A stretch of 64,000 nucleotides of DNA, taken from positions 71,240,001-71,304,000 of the forward strand of contig CM052816.1 of assembly GCA_028534125.1 (NCBI GenBank), written 5' to 3'. This document shows positions 13,663 to 26,733 of this stretch, piece by piece; the stretch's first letter is position 1, and the number at the start of each line of letters is the position of its first letter. This DNA comes from Lama glama. Lineage: Eukaryota. Both the position numbers and the translations under genes were made by a program. A model generated the notes under the pieces. The model was not told the origin of the DNA. It ran no database searches and worked only from the letters and a program-made list of their open reading frames with translations.

Positions 13663-14922
13663 GTTACTATATATAGAAAACCCTAAAAGGTCCACAAAAA
13701 AGCTACTAGAGCTGATCGAACAATTCAGCAAGGTAGCAGGTTACAAAATTAATGTTCAAAAATCAGTTGCCTTTCTTTACACTAACGATAAATCAACAGA
13801 AAAAGAAAGTAAAGAAACAATCCCCTTTAAAATAGCACCCAAAGTAATAAAATATCTGGGAATAAATCTAACCAAGGAGGCGAAAGAATTATACACAGAA
13901 AACTATAAACCATTGATGAANNNNNNNNNNNNNNNNNNNNNNNNNNNNNNNNNNNNNNNNNNNNNNNNNNNNNNNNNNNNNNNNNNNNNNNNNNNNNNNN
14001 NNNNNNNNNNNNNNNNNNNNNNNNNNNNNNNNNNNNNNNNNNNNNNNNNNNNNNNNNNNNNNNNNNNNNNNNNNNNNNNNNNNNNNNNNNNNNNNNNNNN
14101 NNNNNNNNNNNNNNNNNNNNNNNNNNNNNNNNNNNNNNNNNNNNNNNNNNNNNNNNNNNNNNNNNNNNNNNNNNNNNNNNNNNNNNNNNNNNNNNNNNNN
14201 NNNNNNNNNNNNNNNNNNNNNNNNNNNNNNNNNNNNNNNNNNNNNNNNNNNNNNNNNNNNNNNNNNNNNNNNNNNNNNNNNNNNNNNNNNNNNNNNNNNN
14301 NNNNNNNNNNNNNNNNNNNNNNNNNNNNNNNNNNNNNNNNNNNNNNNNNNNNNNNNNNNNNNNNNNNNNNNNNNNNNNNNNNNNNNNNNNNNNNNNNNNN
14401 NNNNNNNNNNNNNNNNNNNNGCCCATCAACAGGTGACTGGATAAAGAAGATGTGGTATATTTATACAATGGAATACTACTCAGCCATAAAAACCGACAAC
14501 ATAATGCCATTTGCAGCAACATGGATGCTCCTAGAGAATGTCATTCTAAGTGAAGTAAGCCAGAAAGAGAAAGAAAAATACCATATGAGATCGCTCATAT
14601 GTGGAATCTAAAAAACAAACAAAAACAAACCATAAATACAGGACAGAAATAGACTCATGGACAGAGAATACAGACTTGTGGTTACCGGCGGGGGTGGGGG
14701 TAGAGGATGGGAAGGGATAGACTGGGATTTCAAAATTGTAGAATAGATAAACAAGATTACACTGTATAGCACAGGGAAATATACACAAAATGTTATGATA
14801 ACTCACGGAGAAAAAATGTGACAATGAGTGTGTATATGTCCATGAATGACTGAAAAATTGTGCTGAACACTGGAATTTGACACAACACTGTAAAATGATT
14901 ATGAATCAATAAAAAATGTAAA
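13663..14922 (+). mobile_element. Young 5'-truncated LINE-1 (ORF2 RT C-terminal part, ORF2 end, 3' UTR), interrupted by an N gap
   Basis: Translation LYIENPK...FSKVAGYKINVQKS...KYLGINLTK...ENYKPLM and WIKKMWYIYTMEYYSAIK matches L1 ORF2p. Stop at 14611, G-rich tract, AATAAA and A-tail. 17-bp TSD AAAAATTGCTTTCTCTT at 13646-13662 and 14923-14939. Confidence 0.97.
13921..14420. other. Assembly gap (500 N)
   Basis: Exactly 500 N. Confidence 1.
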
Positions 14923-15149
14923 AAAAATTGCTTTCTCTTATTTCTGAGAAGATCAAAATGTGGAATCATTCACAGAATAGATGCAGGCCTCTGCCAAAAT
15001 TGATTTTCCACTCAAATTTATCCAAACCTTCAACTTTTACTAAGAAACATATCTTTCTGGGAACACTTAGTTTTCTCTTACTTTCCACGCCTGCAGGAGC
15101 AGTTGGCTTAATTATCAGGACCATTTACGTCATTTGATTACTGAATAAA

Positions 15150-15250
15150 AGAATCCAACACATATATTTGAGTAGGTGCTGGAAATGGAACAGTAAACAA
15201 GGTGGACTTGGTCCCTGACCATCTGGAGCTTACAGATTAGTGGAAATGAC
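15150..15250 (-). mobile_element. L2 3' fragment
   Basis: aacacatatatttgagtaggtgctgg...cagtaaacaag...gtccctgacc...ggagcttacag. Confidence 0.65.
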
Positions 15251-15255
15251 CATCA

Positions 15256-15730
15256 CAGAAGTTTCCAAATTTTCTTTGTTCACGGACTTCTCTTCTAAAG
15301 AAGTTTTCTCCTGGTGCTCCTAGACCAAAAGAAATATTTAACATTCCATTTGGTAAGAAGTGAAGTCCTAACAACTTAATGAGTATTTTTATTCTAACAA
15401 CTTATACATATAAATAATATACATAAATTTAAAGAAAAAGTAGTACGTTAGTTCATTCTCGAATAACTACAATTACTTAGTAATGAGATGCGTGCAGCTG
15501 TCGGGTATTACTCAAACACTGGAATCAGATTGGACACCACCACCCTCATTTCCTGTTTTATATGATTTATACACAGAACTTTCTTTTTATTGTAAGAATC
15601 ACTGAAAACTCAACATTGTTAGGATATGATGACATCATATCTACTAGCACCATCTAATCTAACATCCTGTGGCACCCCTGTGAGTTTACTGCAGTGCCCC
15701 AGAGCACCTGCATGTGGAGTTCAGGAACTT
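15256..15730 (+). mobile_element. MER119-like hAT/Charlie DNA transposon relic
   Basis: cctagaccaaaagaaata...taacaacttaat...ggaatcagattggacaccaccaccctcatttcctgtt...gcacccctgtgagttt matches my recollection of the MER119 consensus. Confidence 0.75.
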
Positions 15731-15752
15731 AAGACAAAGAGAACAGAATACA

Positions 15753-15931
15753 CAGTTGACTCTTGAACAATGTGGATTTAAACTGCATTAAGTCCTCTTA
15801 TACATGGGTATTTTATACTAGTCAGTGGGTAAGTGGTTAGTTGAATCACAGATGAGTGGGAACCAGAGATGGCGCACCGACTGTAAATTATATGTGTTTA
15901 GCCCTGCCCCACTTGGTTCAAGGCTCAATTG
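15753..15931. mobile_element. Tigger2a-type MITE (TcMar)
   Basis: Imperfect terminal inverted repeats cagttgactcttgaac / gttcaaggctcaattg, followed by TA. Confidence 0.8.
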
Positions 15932-17296
15932 TAGACTGAAATGTAGGAGTTGTATGATTTCATAGGTTCCTCTCACAAGTTCAGCACAAGTAAGCTGCCA
16001 GATTAAAGGCTGATGTGTATTTGCTTCATCAATGTAATATAGCAAAGTTTATCAATACCCTGAAGTACTTGTGAATGGGCAAAATCGTATCTATTGACTT
16101 CATGAAATCCAATGGTCAATTATATCTAAGTAGAGTTTGAAATTAAATGATTAATTTTTATGACAGAAGCTATAAATGCAGAACAAAGATTATATAAAAC
16201 ATGTAGAGTACAAATTTCTCCTCTGGATACAGCATATTTTGTCTTTGAACATGAAAAGTGAAAAACTTTCATTCAGTTTTCAGAGGCTGACTATGATTGT
16301 GGAGATTGAAGTCCTGTCTGACCAGATTTAATACATAGAAAAAAAAAAAGAACTTTTAGAACCCATTTATTATATAATACCCAGATGATAAAATATCCTA
16401 TACCTATTTGAAACAAATTAAGATCAGGTTTTAACTACAATATAAGATATAAGGATTTTGCTATTATATTAAAAGTAATTAGATGTACAAAAATCTCATG
16501 ACAAAGTCCTTTAGGTATCTTTATATTGTATCATTTAATACAAGAGGAAGATCTTGAAGAAGAGGAATGTACTCTGAAATATCAAATTAAATTAGCTCAT
16601 ATTTCCAGAGCACTTATTATGTGTCAGGCTTTTCACATGTATTCACAACCAACAGTAAAATGTTTACCATTGTTAACCAAGTGAGTTCTGGGGTGGGAGA
16701 TTTTTTTAGGAAAGCAATTAATGAAAAGAGGTCATCATGTAGAAAAATTAGTAAAAAATGTAGATTCACCATGGGAATCTAAAGACAGCTCAAGGCAAAT
16801 ATTTTCCCAGCAAGATTTTGTGAAAAAATTATTTAATATATGGATTAAATAAAATATATGAGGATAGAATACTGCAAATGATTAAAAGGAAATAAAAATA
16901 CCTCAGTTCCACCCTCCATGAAGGTTGCATTACTTATTTTTGTATTGTTATTTCTTTTTATTTTAAAAATAATTTGAAGTGATTTGTGAAATTAAGCACA
17001 ATGCAGAATAGAGTCACTAAAGTGCAGAAAGAATAGAACACAAGGGATTAACCATCCTAGTCGATTCAGAATTATTATTTCATTTGTGTACTACATTTAA
17101 AAGTGAATTTCTTGGTATCTGAAACAAAGATTCATATACATTTATAGATACTTGGCAAACAAGTCTGTAATATTATGAATATAAGTTTTTCTAAACAAAT
17201 TATTCTGCATCAATTTCAAAAGTAAATGTAACATGATGCATTATTTATAATGAGGTTTGGATGTATATTAAAAAACAAAATAATAGCTTGAACCAA

Positions 17297-17915
17297 TGTG
17301 GTAGACAGAATTCTAAGATGTTCCCCAAGTTTCCCACTCCCTGATATATCCTCTCTGTAGAACTCTCTCTACTTCAATGTGGGACCAAGAGTATAATGGA
17401 TCTGAATTCCATGATTAAGTCATACTGTGTGACAAAGGTGAAGAGATTTTGTAGGTGCCGTTAAGGTCCCAAATCAATTGACTTTGAATTGAAAGGGGAT
17501 TATTCTGGGTGGGCCTGACCTAACCAGATGAGCTCTTAAAAGGAACTGAGCACTTCCTTAAAAAAAGGAGATTTGAGGCACCACACCAGGGATACTCCTG
17601 CTGAATTTGAGGAAGCAGTAGAATATAGTAATATTGGGAGAGACCCTATGAATAATATCATGTGGCAAAGACCTCCAGGCAGTCTGTAAGACCTGAGAGC
17701 CATCCTTAGCTAATGACAAGTGAGAAAATGTGGACTTCAGTCCTACAACCACCATAAACCAAATTCTGCCAACCAAGGAGCTTGGAAGAGTCCTCAGAGC
17801 ATCATACGGGATTGCACTCCCAGCCTTGAATGTCTTTAGTTCAGCCTTGTGAGGCTGTGAGCAAAGGACACAGCTAACCTATACCTGGATGCTGTAGCAA
17901 TAACAATCTAATACA
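17297..17915 (+). mobile_element. MaLR solo LTR (MLT1E-like)
   Basis: tgtggtagacagaattctaagatg...taaggtcccaaatcaattgactttga...gggattattctgggtgggcctgaccta...taataca. Confidence 0.85.
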
Positions 17916-17979
17916 ACACGATAGAATTTTAATTCTCTTACACACCGAATTAGCCCAGAGATGATTAGTCCAGGACTAA

Positions 17980-18225
17980 TACGTGATCTGAATCATCAGG
18001 ATCCAGGTAGCTCTGTCTTATTGCTTTGCCTTTCTTTCTGTGTCATTTCATGATGCCAAAAGTTGTAGCTAAAAATCCAGCAATTACATCTACGAGTAAA
18101 CAGAGGGAAGAAAGAGGGTAAGAAGAGGGCATGTCCATTTCCCTTGAAGTCCGGGAGCCCACAACACTTGTGCTTTTATCTTCTTGGCCATTGTTTAGCT
18201 ACACACCCATACTAGCTGCATGTGT
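17980..18225 (-). mobile_element. Old MaLR LTR fragment (MLT1J/K-like)
   Basis: catcaggatccagg...cttttatcttcttggcca...cacacccatactagctgca. Confidence 0.55.
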
Positions 18226-21044
18226 GGTTGAGCAAAGGAAGGATTTTGACAATCTAGGAAAACAGCTAGCCTGTCACTGGACTGTCCCTTTGAAATGGAC
18301 CCATCTTGGGGGCTAGATTACAACAAACCTCAGACTAGTCAATTGTGGAAGCGGGATCCTATGCTGTACAAATTAAATTACAAAGAAGCTCAGACCTTGT
18401 GTCAAATCAGGGTTCTACAAGTTATGTGGCTTGAGAGACTTGCATTACTTCTCCATTTGTTTATGTCACCTGTAAAATTGAGGCGATCGTTCCAATGCGT
18501 AAGTACTGTCGCAAAGATTAAGTGAAAACACAAAGTGGAATAGGAAATGAAGGTGCCAGTTGTGAAATGTTACACTTCAGTATGGAATCTGCGCTCTCTC
18601 ACTAAGAAGTGTGGGTCATGTGGTTGCTCTGGTAAAGAATGTTAATTTTATCAGATGAGAAGTTTTACATCAGCTTCAGCATTTGGGTAAATATGTAATG
18701 GAAACCACAGATTGCTGCAATATGTAACATGGGCAGCAAAAAAAAAAAAAAAAAGGATAGGTGTTTTTAACCTATCACGTTGTCCACAATTTACCTAAAC
18801 GCTACTGGAAAATGAAATGGAATTCCAGTACACTTGTCAGGGATGGACTGGTTCCCAAAAGTATCACCATATAACTGAACAAAATAATCTATTTGATAAG
18901 GCCACTTAGCATAGCCAATTTAAATATCAAAGAATATCTTTTAAGAATAATGAATTCTATTAAATTGATATTTACTTACTTCGTTGATGATTAACCAACA
19001 ATTTCAGCTGCTACTTAAGGTTGCGCCTGTTTGGGTATAGTAAACCTCTTCTGTTAACAGAGAGGTCTAAATTCCCTATTTGGTAGATCTGGTATACACT
19101 CATCTATTTTCTTATTATATAGTATGTATTTTGTATACTGAGAAGGTTAAAATGAGGTCAATGTGAGGGGATTAAGGCAGAGACTTACTTTCTTCCCACA
19201 AAATATTTAAATCACCTGTTTTATTTCTCAAAGAAATTTTTTCTCTTTGCTCTGATTTTAGCTTTAGTAGTGCCAGGAAATAGGCTTTGAAAATATGTTA
19301 ACAGACTGCAAATTATGATAGTTGTATGATTCAGACTTGGGATAGTTCCAGGAAGTGGAATCAAAATCTGTTGAGAGACTTATGAATGCTACAAACACAT
19401 ACACTCCCACATAACTATTTCATTATTCTCAATCGTTTGCTCTATAAGATAAAATAACAAATAGCACAATGATCAGAACTGGAACAACTGTAAACCAAAC
19501 TTGATTTTCTCTTATACAAGATACAAGATTGAATGGTCTAGTCTTGTGATTTTCTGGAGAATAAAGGTAATGTTTTGAGGGGTTATGCACCACACTAATT
19601 GGTTCTGTATATTTTGGCTTAAAGTTTGTGTGAATTGAGAGTATTTCTGTTAGATATATATTTCCAACAGAAAACATACATATGTATATATAGTGTGTAT
19701 ATGTATGTCTAATGTAAGTATATGTCACATGTATTTCCACATACCTTATATACCTTATACGTCTACGTATCTATACATGTAGTACATACATTTGCAACTC
19801 AAGGATAGTAGCAGTAGCAAATTCCTTTATAGCAAAGGGAAATAGAAATTTTAGGAAATGTATATACATTCATTCTTATTAATTATTTTTCTCAGTTTGC
19901 ACATGTGTGAGACATCTAGAAATTAAAGACCTACACACAAGAAAGGCAAACATCAATGAAAAACAATTCAAACACAAACAAAAAATCTTCAACTAGTAAT
20001 GTAAAGTAAGTGTCTGTAAGTATGTGGAGAAATATCTAGCTTGATATTGATAAATCCATTAATATCATTTTTTAAAACCCACAGAATTTGCCTAAAACTA
20101 TCAGGTAATTATGGAAAACTGAGAATGAAGTGTCATACTCATTTTTTCCATTTTTTATCATGCCTTTTCTTTGTTACATTGGATATGATAACAGACACTA
20201 CAATAATTTAAAATTTGTAAATTCTCTGGTTATAATTTGTTAATAATTTGCTTTCTTAGTGATTATAATTTTGAGCTCTTCAAACACCAGTTTTACAGAA
20301 AATCCTTTTTTGACGGGAAAAAAAATTCCTGAATTATTAATAATTGAGCTCTATTATTGTCTGTGCGTGGGCCAGGGAGTGGGAGAAAGTGGAGTAGTTA
20401 GCCTTAATTATCTGGATAATTTATTTCTGTCAACCCAGCCTTGGTGCCCTTTCCTTTCAAAACTGAAAAGTTATATTAGAAATTATAGTTCGTCTTAAAG
20501 GAACTATAACATTAGAGATGACATTTCAGCACATTTGTGGATAAGTTATTTTCACTATGTCACCTTTCCCTGTGAGAGTTGTGCCGTGCTCCTAGCCTAG
20601 GATGGAGATTGAGAGAGTAGATGACAGGCGGGTCAAGGGACTCCTCTCTCACTCCGAGCCCCCTCCCATGGCCATCTGCAGTCCGACTGTGAGCATGTCA
20701 GTTCAGTCTTCAGAATCCCCTGAGTACTGCTCAGCCAGCTAAGAGGAAATACCTTATGTATTGGCTGTGGGTGTCCCTTAACAGCACCCAGTGCCCCAGT
20801 CTTGCAGCCTGAGTCGGGCAGCAGACAGCCCCTTCACACCAGTGTACAATAATGAGCTTCCCAACCCTGGGTCTTGACCTTATAAGAAGGCACAGCAAAG
20901 GGCCAGGGTGAAGAGCCCAGAAAGGCTTGATTACTACGAACCTTCTCTTGTCTGTTAAAAATGGCAGCTTCTTTTACTCCAGTCAGTCAGAAACAAATGT
21001 AATAAAACAACCTTTACTCAAAAACCAGTAAGGCCTTTCTTTTA

Positions 21045-21078
21045 TGCAGTGATGTAATACAACCACTAGATGACACCA
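21045..21078 (+). promoter_or_regulatory. Candidate CTCF site (core plus upstream motif)
   Basis: CCACTAGATGACAC (21063-21076) has one mismatch to CCASYAGRKGGCRS. TGCAGTG starts 18 nt upstream, at 21045. Confidence 0.55.
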
Positions 21079-24000
21079 AGAGATAGTTTCTATATGTCTG
21101 ATTAATAACCTACATACACTCAGTTGCCTATTCAAAGGTGACATTCTTGTGAAGATTTTCATTGAGATCCCAGATGCAGGCCAATTAAGTGAGCTGAATT
21201 TTTAGAATTGCCTTGCTTCATTATGATCAATTATCATCTAATCAGAAGTCAAAACAAAACCAAACAGAAAGAAAACAAAACAAAACAAAAAAACATTGGC
21301 CATAGGGTCACTGGGACATCCACCCTTAAACATTTCCACTTTTGTTTCTTGCTGCACATACCAGTAATAGGGTATTCAATTACGGTAACTATGATTTTGG
21401 AAAGGTTCTGCCAGTATATCTCTCATAAAACCTTGGGAACTTGAAATTCAGCTATTATTATAATCCAAGTCTCAGCAATATGCATCCTTAACTGGTTGTA
21501 AACAATTGGCCGGTTCTTATTTCTGTAGCAGAAGAGAAAAGAAACTGTAAATACTAACAAGTTTGAACTCTCAAATGATTATATTTCTTTCAAAGAACAA
21601 TTAGGGTTCCATCTTGGATTTAGTGTGTTGATGGTTCATGGCGAAATTAACGTAATCACTATCCTGGGAACAGTCTTAAGCTTTAAAACAGTAGTTTCTC
21701 TACCTAACAGAATACTGTTTTAGTAGCAGGGTATCTATATACTGACTTGCATACAAATTTCAAAATCCAATGTCTTTACCGGTAAAAATCTCTGGAAGCC
21801 CAAGATCTTGAAGACACAGTCAATATTAAATACATCCAAATAATTCTAATATGTATTGCTTAAGCTTCTTACATACTTTTGAAGACACAATGATGATTTT
21901 ATTATTTAACAAGCATAGCTACATGGTAGATTAAATTGAGTATTTTTCGCGGAAGATATTTATTATTAGAAACCGACTGTATATTGGTTACATAATGGAG
22001 AAAATAAATATTCTTAATCCCCAAAGCAACATTTGAGACCTAAGATCGTTTCTAAGAAGTAAATGTGTAGAAATTAACAGAACACAAGGTCATACTCATG
22101 TATTGAATATTAATTTAGTAAAACATAATGCACATCTATCAATTCACAAACCTAAAATGACAAGGAAAAGCAAGTATAATCTCACTTTGAAGTAATTCCT
22201 TATTTTTTTTAAAACAAAACACTCTATTCTGGTTATTCAGTTCATCCTTTCTGTTTCCTTTATGAATTCTGAATTATTACATATCTTCTTATTCTGAGTT
22301 TTATGGGGTTTTCTGAAATTACAGCAAGGTTTTCGAATTTAAATAGCATTCATATTTTGAAATCAATATACAGAGACTTATTTCACATTGAGTATCTTCA
22401 TTTAAAAATGTTGGCTAATTTGCATAAGAAACATTGGTACCTATAAAGATTTCCTTGTTGTTTTTTTTTTCTTATTTCCTTAAGTGGAGAAACTTAGGAT
22501 GGACCCACTTAAAAACTAAGTTTGTCTCCAACACTGCGAGTGTTAACTTTATTATAAACTTTATGTGCATGATTTTCATAAGAACTTCTTTGAAATTTCA
22601 TAAGAACATAGGAAATAAGTCACTCAAAATATTTGACTTTCAGATGAAATGTTTGATTCTATTTATATTCATTTTATTTCATTGGAATATGTAGGTGAGA
22701 GAAAACCCTTAGTTTTACACCAACTATTTATTCCCCCAGTGATTCTATTGATATATCTTCTCTGTTGAATTGACTATATTAACTTTCCATTTTTGAGGAA
22801 AAAATTGTAGATTTCAGGTCCACAAAATAAAAAAATACACACATATGCACACACACTTCATTCTAAAATGTACTAAATGTAGTATAAATTGCATATAGAG
22901 CAACAGAGCTTTATAATGCCATGATGTGTTACGTTAACTCTTCTTTTGTGTGGGAAATCATGGCGTCGAGGGTGTTATCTGCTAAATCCCATTAATAGCG
23001 GTTATATAGAGACAAGGCAATAGAAAGAAAAAATAGCTTGAGATTTTGTAATTCACAGGTGAAATAGGTACATTGAAGATAAAATATTAAGCTTAATTAG
23101 GAGTTTTTGTTTGTCATTTATTTTTCTATGTCCTAACCTTTGCAGTCACTTAAACAGAGAGATTTTGTCATTTGATTATATTTATGGAAAACTTTGAATT
23201 ATTTGCCATCTGAGTTTTAGAAGGAGACTTCACAAAGCAGCTTAAAAATAATTTGGCTGTCTAATTTATTTTTCTTCCCTTTTTTTTTTGTTAGAGATAT
23301 TTTCTTTATTTTTCCCTCCATTTACAGGTGCAGAATTAAAGAACACATTCGCTCACTATATTATTGATGCACTTAAGTGGAGTGTTCCAAAGCATGTAAT
23401 TACCGTGTAGGCTTATGGCCCTGAAGTAGCCGGGGATAGTGGTGCTGCATATCCATGATTTGAAGGACACACAGTGATGATTATAGAGGCAGTACTCTAC
23501 ATCCATTCTAGCCCTTTTGTGTTTAGCTGGTTGTCATGGCAAATAATTGGATAGAATTTAAGCCACTTTCTTCCAAGTGGGAAATTCATAATTTTACCCT
23601 TCACCTAATTTTGTAGATACTTTTAAAGAATCTTAAAGTTTCTACAGGAATGACGTAGAGCAGTGTGGGAAAAAAATTTCACATAACAGCGAGCATCTCA
23701 GAAATTAGGCAGCTTCTGTTTTGTGGAGTAAAGATGTCAATTTCCATTTGCATCCATTTGCTTCATTTTCTTATAACTAAACCACAGACTTTGAGCTTCT
23801 TTGATAAAATGAGCCCAATGTACTTCACTTTGACAGCTCCTGAGAGAATGAAAAAACAGGGCAAAAAATTGACATCTTATTAAATTTTAGCTAAAAAGAC
23901 TCTCTGGCTAGAGTTGTATCTGGGAAAGGCACTGAGCCTTTTCAAAACATGGCTGATGGAGAAGCCTGTAAATAGAAATGATTTAAGTTAATACCATAAT

Positions 24001-24214
24001 AGGGTTTCCATGAGAGGAAGAGTCAGGATTAATTAACCCAAAGGATATGTAAGTCAATTACTAATGATGCATTTCATTCATTACTTTCTATTTTAGTTGT
24101 ATACCATTGAAATGCATATTTATTATATTCACCTTTTAATTATAAAAGTTATTAAATCATATAAAATTTGAACTTGAATGATGTTCATCATCATCCTGTT
24201 CAATTATTCCCAAA

Positions 24215-24370
24215 GAGTCATTCAATCTTTATTTAATGAGCACCTATTTGATACAGCCCTCTGTCAGCTATTGAGAAGAATGTGATAAACAGATCTTTAA
24301 AAAATGAGCAAACAAACAAAAACACTTCTGCCCTCAAGAAGCTTATATTCTAGAGGGGATGTCAAATAAG
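24215..24370 (-). mobile_element. L2 3' fragment
   Basis: tcattcaa...tttaatgagcaccta...tctgccctcaagaagcttatattctagaggggat. Confidence 0.7.
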
Positions 24371-25689
24371 GGAGATGATGCCTACGGGAATTGTAGCCAC
24401 TTTGTCAAGGTGATTATTTGTACACCACACTAGACTCCCAAGTCTAAGTTCCCAATGCTGTCATTCTTTGGGAAAAAAGGCCCCTCTGCCAAAGTTCTTT
24501 GTTGTTTATTTTCTGTGACACCTAAGCCCTCTTATGTTAGCAGTGTGTAAATGCTAAATCCAGGAGTGGAGAGCACGTCGAGAAACAGTGTGCAATCCTC
24601 GAGGGTATGATGTGCTCCTCTAAGACTAGAATCCCTGTCTATGCTCAGAATCACTTACTTCTTTGTGAAGGAAAGGGGAATTTTTGTCAGGAATTGGGAA
24701 AAGGTAGAAACAAAGTGAGAAAAAGCGTAACAGTGGGAAAAGAGGAGACAGAAATGGAGGAAGAAAGGAGACAACTCTGACCGCAATACTTAGAATACCT
24801 ACCTTGAATCTGTAAATTTGAATGAAAGTCTTAACTTATCTCATGCCTCATAGCCTACAGTACTGAAGGGAAATTATTCATTCATCTTTAGATGTGGGAT
24901 AGTAATTACATATATTTCATGAATGTCTAATCTCAGTTATGCTATGATGTGTGGGTGAGAAAAAAAAGACTAACACCACTAAACCCAGAACTAAAATGAA
25001 ATCTCAGATGTCCCGTCTTAGCCTAACAATAGCACAGCAGATCATTGCTACACGCAAAGTTTTATTTTACAGTGACTAAAACTCAGGCTTACTCTGCAAA
25101 TCCTAATGAGAAGAGACGCCATTGTGCACACTGTGCAGCATGGGATAGGAGACGTAAATGTCTACAAACCAGGAAATCACTCCTTTCTCCAATTTGTTTG
25201 TTGTTTTTAGTCATTGGAAAGTAAAGTATTATTTCCTCATCAGTATTTTGGATTTTTTTCTTTGTCCTGACTAAGGTATTGAGAAGAAGAGAAATGTCAC
25301 ATATCAGATATGGGGCTCTTTGGGATCCACTAAAATAAAAGCAAAATGTGATCAATGATTATAGTGTTAAAATTAAACATTATAAGAAAGGATAGATCTA
25401 CGAAACAGCTCACAAAGAAGCTGAGAAAAGAAAAACGTCTCCGATAAAGATAAATTTTGTTTCTAACAAGAAGAAATAGAAAACCTATTCAAAGTCTTTT
25501 TTTTTTTTTGCAAAGGTCTGTAAATGGACACCAGATAAACTAAAATATTGTTATTGATGCCCAACTTAACTTATACAACTATCATATTATTCTATGCTAG
25601 TGAGATTTTCTAATGAAGGAGAGTCTTGCAAGGCAACTGAAAGTAAATGTAGAAACATAAATATATTTTCATTTCCTATGACTGATGGA

Positions 25690-26733
25690 TTTATGTGTTA
25701 TTTCAGTGTTTTCTTTATGTCTTATGTCTTTCATTGTTCCTCTACTCCTCCATTGCTGCCTTATTTTGTGTTAAGTATTTTCTAACGTACCACTTAATTT
25801 CATATTATTTCTTTCCTCATAATTTTTTTATTTATTAGTGGTTTCCCTGATGATTACAATTAACATTCTAACTTATAACCATCTAGTTCTAGTTAATACC
25901 AGCTTAACCTCACTAGTAAACAAAAACAGTTATCCTACGTTGTCCCATTCCCTCCTCCTTCATTATGTTATTTTCATGCAAATTATATCTTTATATATTG
26001 TGTGCCCATAAACACAGATTTTTCATTGTTGCTTTATACAGTTGTCTTTTAAATCAGGAGGGGAAAAAAAGAGTTTAAAAATATATATTTATATTATCTT
26101 TTGTATATCCCCATATAATTACTTTTACCAGTGTTCTTTATTTCTGCACATAGATTCAAGTTATTGTCTAATATGCTTTCATTTTAGCCTGTACAACTTC
26201 CTTCAGTATTTCTAGTAGAACAGGTTTACTAGCAACAAATTATCTGGGTTTGGTGTGGGGGGTTGTTTTTTTAATAATTGAATGTCATATTTTTTTCTGA
26301 GAATAGTTTTACTGGTATAAAATTCTTGGTTGACAGTTTTTATTTTTGAACATTTTTGAATGTCGTTCTCCTGTCTTCTGACTTTCATAGTTTTTGATGA
26401 GAAATTAGCTGTTAATCTTATCAAGGATTATTTGTAAATTATGAGTCTCTTCTCACTTGCAGTTTCCGAGATTCTCTCTTTGGCTTTCGACCATTTGATT
26501 ATGATGTGTCTAGGTGTAGATCTTTTTGAGTATATTACACTTGGAATTCATTGAAATTCTTAGATGTGTACATTAATATTTTTCCATCAAATTTAGAAAG
26601 ACTTCAGCAATTATGTCTTCAAACATTTTTTTTGACCTTTTCCTACTCTGGTGTCTTTTGGATCTCACATTATGTGTCTGCTGTATATTTGGTAGTGTAT
26701 CCCATGTCCTTGAGATAATATTTATTTTTCTTT
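25690..26733 (-). mobile_element. Old LINE-1 (L1MC/MD-like) ORF1 and downstream region
   Basis: Minus-strand peptides IRLTANFSSKTMKVRRQ and KKMFEDIIAEVFLNLM resemble ORF1p IRLTADFSSETMEARRQW and EKIFEEIMAENFPNL. Confidence 0.85.

Noticed and set aside
13827..14522. 231-aa minus-strand ORF
   Set aside because: Antisense of L1 ORF2 and mostly N
13661..14611. 316-aa ORF as an intact gene
   Set aside because: It is a truncated L1 ORF2. Frame continuity across the 500 N is an artefact, and the start codon lies in the TSD.
15862..15876. CTCF-like ACCAGAGATGGCGC
   Set aside because: The 5' half fits poorly and it lies inside a Tigger MITE
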